The notes beneath the pieces were generated by a model that made no database searches, was not told where the DNA came from, and saw nothing but the letters and a program-made list of their open reading frames with translations. The translations under genes were made by a program, and so were the position numbers. Shown here piece after piece: positions 60,290-64,000 of a stretch of DNA of 64,000 nt. Every line of letters starts with the position of its first letter. Positions within the stretch are counted from its first letter, which is position 1. Where the stretch lies: the NCBI GenBank assembly GCA_010093605.1, contig MU004192.1:1062882-1126881 (forward strand), read 5' to 3'. Source of the stretch: Lophium mytilinum (taxonomy: Eukaryota).

Positions 60290-62416
60290 TCACTTCGCGG
60301 CCCTTTTTTCAATCCTCTCTACCTCATCATCAATCTTTTTGAACGACCAGCTCTCAAAGAATGGAGGATACAAGAACGGCCTCAGATCGAACCTATTATC
60401 ATCTGGACTGTACCCCTCAGCATGATACGCGGGCGTCATAGTGGTCATCTTATGCCGATTGATTGCATAGAAGTGGTTGAATCTCTTGACCTTGACTGCA
60501 GTCTCCCGTGGCGAGCACTTGTCCTTCCATTCGTGCACCAGTCGTTGGAACATGCCGTAGGGACCGAGTTTGGCCTCCTTTCGTAGCTTGCCGAAGACGG
60601 ATAGCTCGTCATAGGTCATGCCCATGTCAGCTTCGTCGGATTGCACGTAGTCCTCCATTATCGGCTCCAATTCTGCGGTCGGAATGGCGTGGATGAATTC
60701 GGTTAGGATAGGGAGGGAGAAAGCATCGCTGGCCCACGCGATGAAAGCTTTGAGATCTGTCTTGGAGATAGAGCCGATGGGATTGATATCTGCACTACTG
60801 CAGTCGTACTTCGTCAGGTAACCTCGAAGGCACTCATCGACGTTGGCAGAACCGAGGACAAGTAACGAGCCACCACCGGGTCGTTTTCGAACAGTAGGCA
60901 ACATCTGTGCGAAGTAGTAGGCAGTGACCATGCGCGTCCGAGCCTGGATGTTTTGGAGCGCGAGGTTTTCCGTCGCTGAGCCGCCATGAACTTTGAATTG
61001 AGGTTCAAAGCCGGTCGATTGCGTAAGGAGATTCTTCTCTGCATTAAAGACAGTGTCGATATTCATGTCTGTATGATAAGCACCGATATCAGCAGCCAAG
61101 CGTTGTGCTCTACTGCGTGTCTCGACCGAGGACTGCTTTTCCATGCCCATGTAGACGGTGTGAAAGATGTTCTTGCACAGTTCTTCCGGAGTTTGAGGAA
61201 GCCAACCTTCATCCTCAAACGCACCAGCGATGCGTTGAACGTCCGCGATCACTTGAGCGTTTCCGGCTTTGATAGCTTCAATCACGATGCGGCACATACT
61301 GAAGACTATCGCAGCCGTAGCACATGAGTCAATGCCGCCGCTCAATGGTACGAGAAATCCAGCAGCTTTAGAACGTCGGAGGTAGTCCCATAGCCAGCAG
61401 GCTGGGCCCATGGCAATCTCTTCTTGCGGTGTGTGGTACCTTGGGGCAAGCTTTAGTGAAGGGGCTATGAAAGGATCGATGTCGTCGGCGTCAGAGGAGA
61501 GGCTAAAGTTGGTCTCGATGCGCTGATACGTTGGAGCTTGTATGGCTTGAAGCGCCCGACTAGGAGCAAAGCGGTATGCGCGAACTTCCTCAATATCGCA
61601 AGTCGCGGTTACAACCTCAACGTCGTTGAGAGAGAATTGAGTTCCTTGAGCAACAATATCTCCATTGATGATGATCATAGCAGAGCCATCGTAGTAGAGG
61701 CGGTCGCCGTCACATCCCTGCTGATTTGCGTAGAGGTAGATTCCGCCGCTCTTTCTAGTAGCTTCCAGGATCAAAGACATTCTGACATCGAGCTTCCGGA
61801 GTGTGTGATGAGATCCAGAAGAGTTAGTGAAGACCTCAACGCCATTTAGACCCATGTCGATATGAGGTGCCTTTGGCGTGAAGAGTTCTTCGCAAGTTTC
61901 GAAACCCAGACATGTGTCCGGCGTCGAAAGAACGCAGTCTCCGAAGGGCACCTTGACCGCACCTTGAATGAGTTGGATCTTGCGGGGCAGGTAGTACTCC
62001 TCAACATGTTGAGGCCTCTCCCAAGGTGAGAAATATCGCATTTCGCGGTAGTTCCCGTCGTTCGCGAGCCAGAGCTTTGGGCGGATCATCAAGATCTTGG
62101 AGTCTAGAGCGATGATACGGCAGTTGTAGCGGTTGTTCCGGTGAAGGATTGGCATTCCAATGTCAAGAATGATCCCTTGACATGACTTGTCTGTCAGGAT
62201 GCGCTCTAGCATCTCCCAGCAGTGGAGGTATAGGTCTTGCTCCAGGAAGTGGTCAAGACAACCGTAACCACAGATCTCGAGCTCAGGGCCACACCTCAGA
62301 CTAGCGCCAGCGGCTTTGGCTTCTTGGATGCTCTGGATAATCCGGGCAGTGTTGCCTTCGAAGTCCAAAGCCCATTGATTGAGAGAACATGTCGCCAACG
62401 TAATGAGATGGCCCAT
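60290..62416 (-). CDS. QNS1: Glutamine-dependent NAD+ synthetase, intronless
   Basis: [67 protein letters not shown]. Confidence 0.97.
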   Translation of the reverse strand: MGHLITLATCSLNQWALDFEGNTARIIQSIQEAKAAGASLRCGPELEICGYGCLDHFLEQDLYLHCWEMLERILTDKSCQGIILDIGMPILHRNNRYNCRIIALDSKILMIRPKLWLANDGNYREMRYFSPWERPQHVEEYYLPRKIQLIQGAVKVPFGDCVLSTPDTCLGFETCEELFTPKAPHIDMGLNGVEVFTNSSGSHHTLRKLDVRMSLILEATRKSGGIYLYANQQGCDGDRLYYDGSAMIIINGDIVAQGTQFSLNDVEVVTATCDIEEVRAYRFAPSRALQAIQAPTYQRIETNFSLSSDADDIDPFIAPSLKLAPRYHTPQEEIAMGPACWLWDYLRRSKAAGFLVPLSGGIDSCATAAIVFSMCRIVIEAIKAGNAQVIADVQRIAGAFEDEGWLPQTPEELCKNIFHTVYMGMEKQSSVETRSRAQRLAADIGAYHTDMNIDTVFNAEKNLLTQSTGFEPQFKVHGGSATENLALQNIQARTRMVTAYYFAQMLPTVRKRPGGGSLLVLGSANVDECLRGYLTKYDCSSADINPIGSISKTDLKAFIAWASDAFSLPILTEFIHAIPTAELEPIMEDYVQSDEADMGMTYDELSVFGKLRKEAKLGPYGMFQRLVHEWKDKCSPRETAVKVKRFNHFYAINRHKMTTMTPAYHAEGYSPDDNRFDLRPFLYPPFFESWSFKKIDDEVERIEKRAAK

Positions 62417-62856
62417 GGTGAAGAGGGGCTGAGGAAAGTAATGACTATGAGAAGAAAGCAAACACTAGGCTTGGTGTAGTTGCAGGCTTTAGGGTGTACT
62501 TTTCGCAGGCCTGAAGTAGAAAGGAGGCAGACTCTTGGATATAAAGAGCGAGGCGGATGTTGAACTGCTTAGTGAATGTGACGAGAAGATGATAGGTCCA
62601 GGCCGCCACTTTGATCTTGAGGCCGCCGAATCGCGGAGGGCAAGTCTAGCCGAAGCTCCTCCTATCACCCGAACTCTCATTAGTAGTAACAAGACACAAC
62701 TTCGGGCAGGCTATCTTTCTTGTTTCGTGCCAATTACAATCAGGTGCTAAGGGATCACAAACAGTGCCAAGCAGGCTCACGGTCACCAGGCGGAGTTTCT
62801 CAATTCAAGCTCTCAGGTAATTAATGTCTTCTTAAATCCTTTCGAACGCATTAGAA

Positions 62857-63350
62857 CACCTCTAACGGTGCGGAGTGAGAGGTTGCCTAGATTTTTATCA
62901 ACGCAGTATACTAGGACACAAGTTTGAGCATGTCATCTTCTACAGCTCGTCTCGTTTTATAGTAATAAGCTGAAGCACCACCAACGGCGGTAAGTAGGTC
63001 GACTTTTAGCGTGCGAGACTGCTCTGGTTTAAGCTGTTAAGGACTTTATATCTTCTAAGAATTATTAAGATGCGTTGAAGCACCTCTAACGGTGGTAAGC
63101 GACTCTATATAGACTTGAATTAAGGCACCGTACAAGGTTCGGGCATGCCGTCTTCTACATCTCGTCTCGATTTATAATATTGCGCTGGAACACCACCAAC
63201 GGCGGCAAGTAGGTCGACTGTCAGCGTGCGAAACTGCTCTAGTATAAGCTCTCAAGGGCTCTAGATCTTCTAAAAAACCATTAAGATATCTTAGAGCACC
63301 TCTAACGGTGGTAAGCGACTGTATTTAGACTTTTGGCAAGGCACCATACT
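62857..63350. repeat. Higher-order A/B tandem array (~110-bp monomers, ~215-224-bp dimers)
   Basis: cacctctaacggtg at 62857, 63081 and 63297 alternates with caccaccaacggcgg at 62976 and 63191; the sequences following the motifs align A with A and B with B. Confidence 0.88.
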
Positions 63351-63442
63351 GCTCTATCAACACCTACTTGCACCTTTCCACCGCTGCTCGTAATGCTTCA
63401 ATATACTTACAAAAACCCGTTAAGAATCAATCGCACCTCTAG

Positions 63443-64000
63443 TGTGTACACCCATCTACCAGCGTCTGAAGGGCTCTGGCAGGTTATTGGGACTATTAAA
63501 ATGACCGGCTTCTGTTACGATTGAGTGATTCAGGGCACTTCAGACGGTAGTAACCTATCTAGAGCCTGGATTCTTCCATGACTCTGAGTAACAGTATTAC
63601 GCTCTTTACATCTCGTAGCTCTCAAGATTAGAAAGGCCAGGGGGGATATCTAGGCCTATCTCTTTCCTCGGCGATAATAATACAGACCGTCTACTTTAGG
63701 CCTCTACGTAAAAGGTGATTCGGACGTCTACCGTATAAACCCGTATATTAGCGTCTGAGGGGCTATGGCAAGTTATCGGGAATATCAAAAAAACATGTTT
63801 CTGTTTCTCTCGAGCTGTTTGAGGCACTTCAGACGGCGGTGAATGATGGTCCAGCCGCCCACTGTGTACACCCATCTACCAGCGTCTGAGGTGGCGTGGC
63901 AAGTTATCGGGACTATCAAAATAAACGCCTTGCGTTTTCCCCGAGCGGTTTGAGGTACTTCAGACGGCGGTAAAAGACGGTTCAATGGACTATTGTATAC
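63443..64000. repeat. ~131-bp units with inverted CGTCTGA / TCAGACG arms; probably continues beyond the window
   Basis: agcgtctga(a/g)g at 63461, 63750 and 63881; gg(c/t)acttcagacgg at 63534, 63823 and 63954. Confidence 0.88.

Overview
Genomic DNA of a filamentous ascomycete (Pezizomycotina; short 50-60 nt GT-AG introns, RIP-mutated repeat). Most of the window is ordinary gene-dense euchromatin. Recognisable genes are cpc-2/ASC1 (RACK1, with an intronic U24-type snoRNA), a C2H2 protein, GH43, a MOT1-type molybdate transporter, an FLVCR-like MFS, mitochondrial Mn-SOD, a SidL-like acyltransferase, an RraA-like protein, a kelch membrane protein, an SDR/Zn2Cys6/TRI12-like trio, NUP98-NUP96, centrin, complex I 51-kDa subunit, thiolase and NAD+ synthetase. 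Three accessory parts stand out. (1) 15.4-20.7 kb: an intronless Myb/SANT-like gene bracketed by five tandem arrays (spacings about 227, 132-163, 162, 175 and 98 bp) whose units carry internal inverted repeats. A related array with a 20-bp identical motif starts at 62.85 kb and runs off the window end. (2) 24.8-30.1 kb: a heavily RIP-mutated 5.3-kb DNA transposon with 187-bp TIRs, a DD34E transposase relic and extra ORF relics, inserted between the divergent sod2 and sidL-like genes. (3) Orphan genes at 10-11.2 kb (three-repeat protein) and 13.8-15.4 kb. Gene models were spliced by eye and no database search was run.
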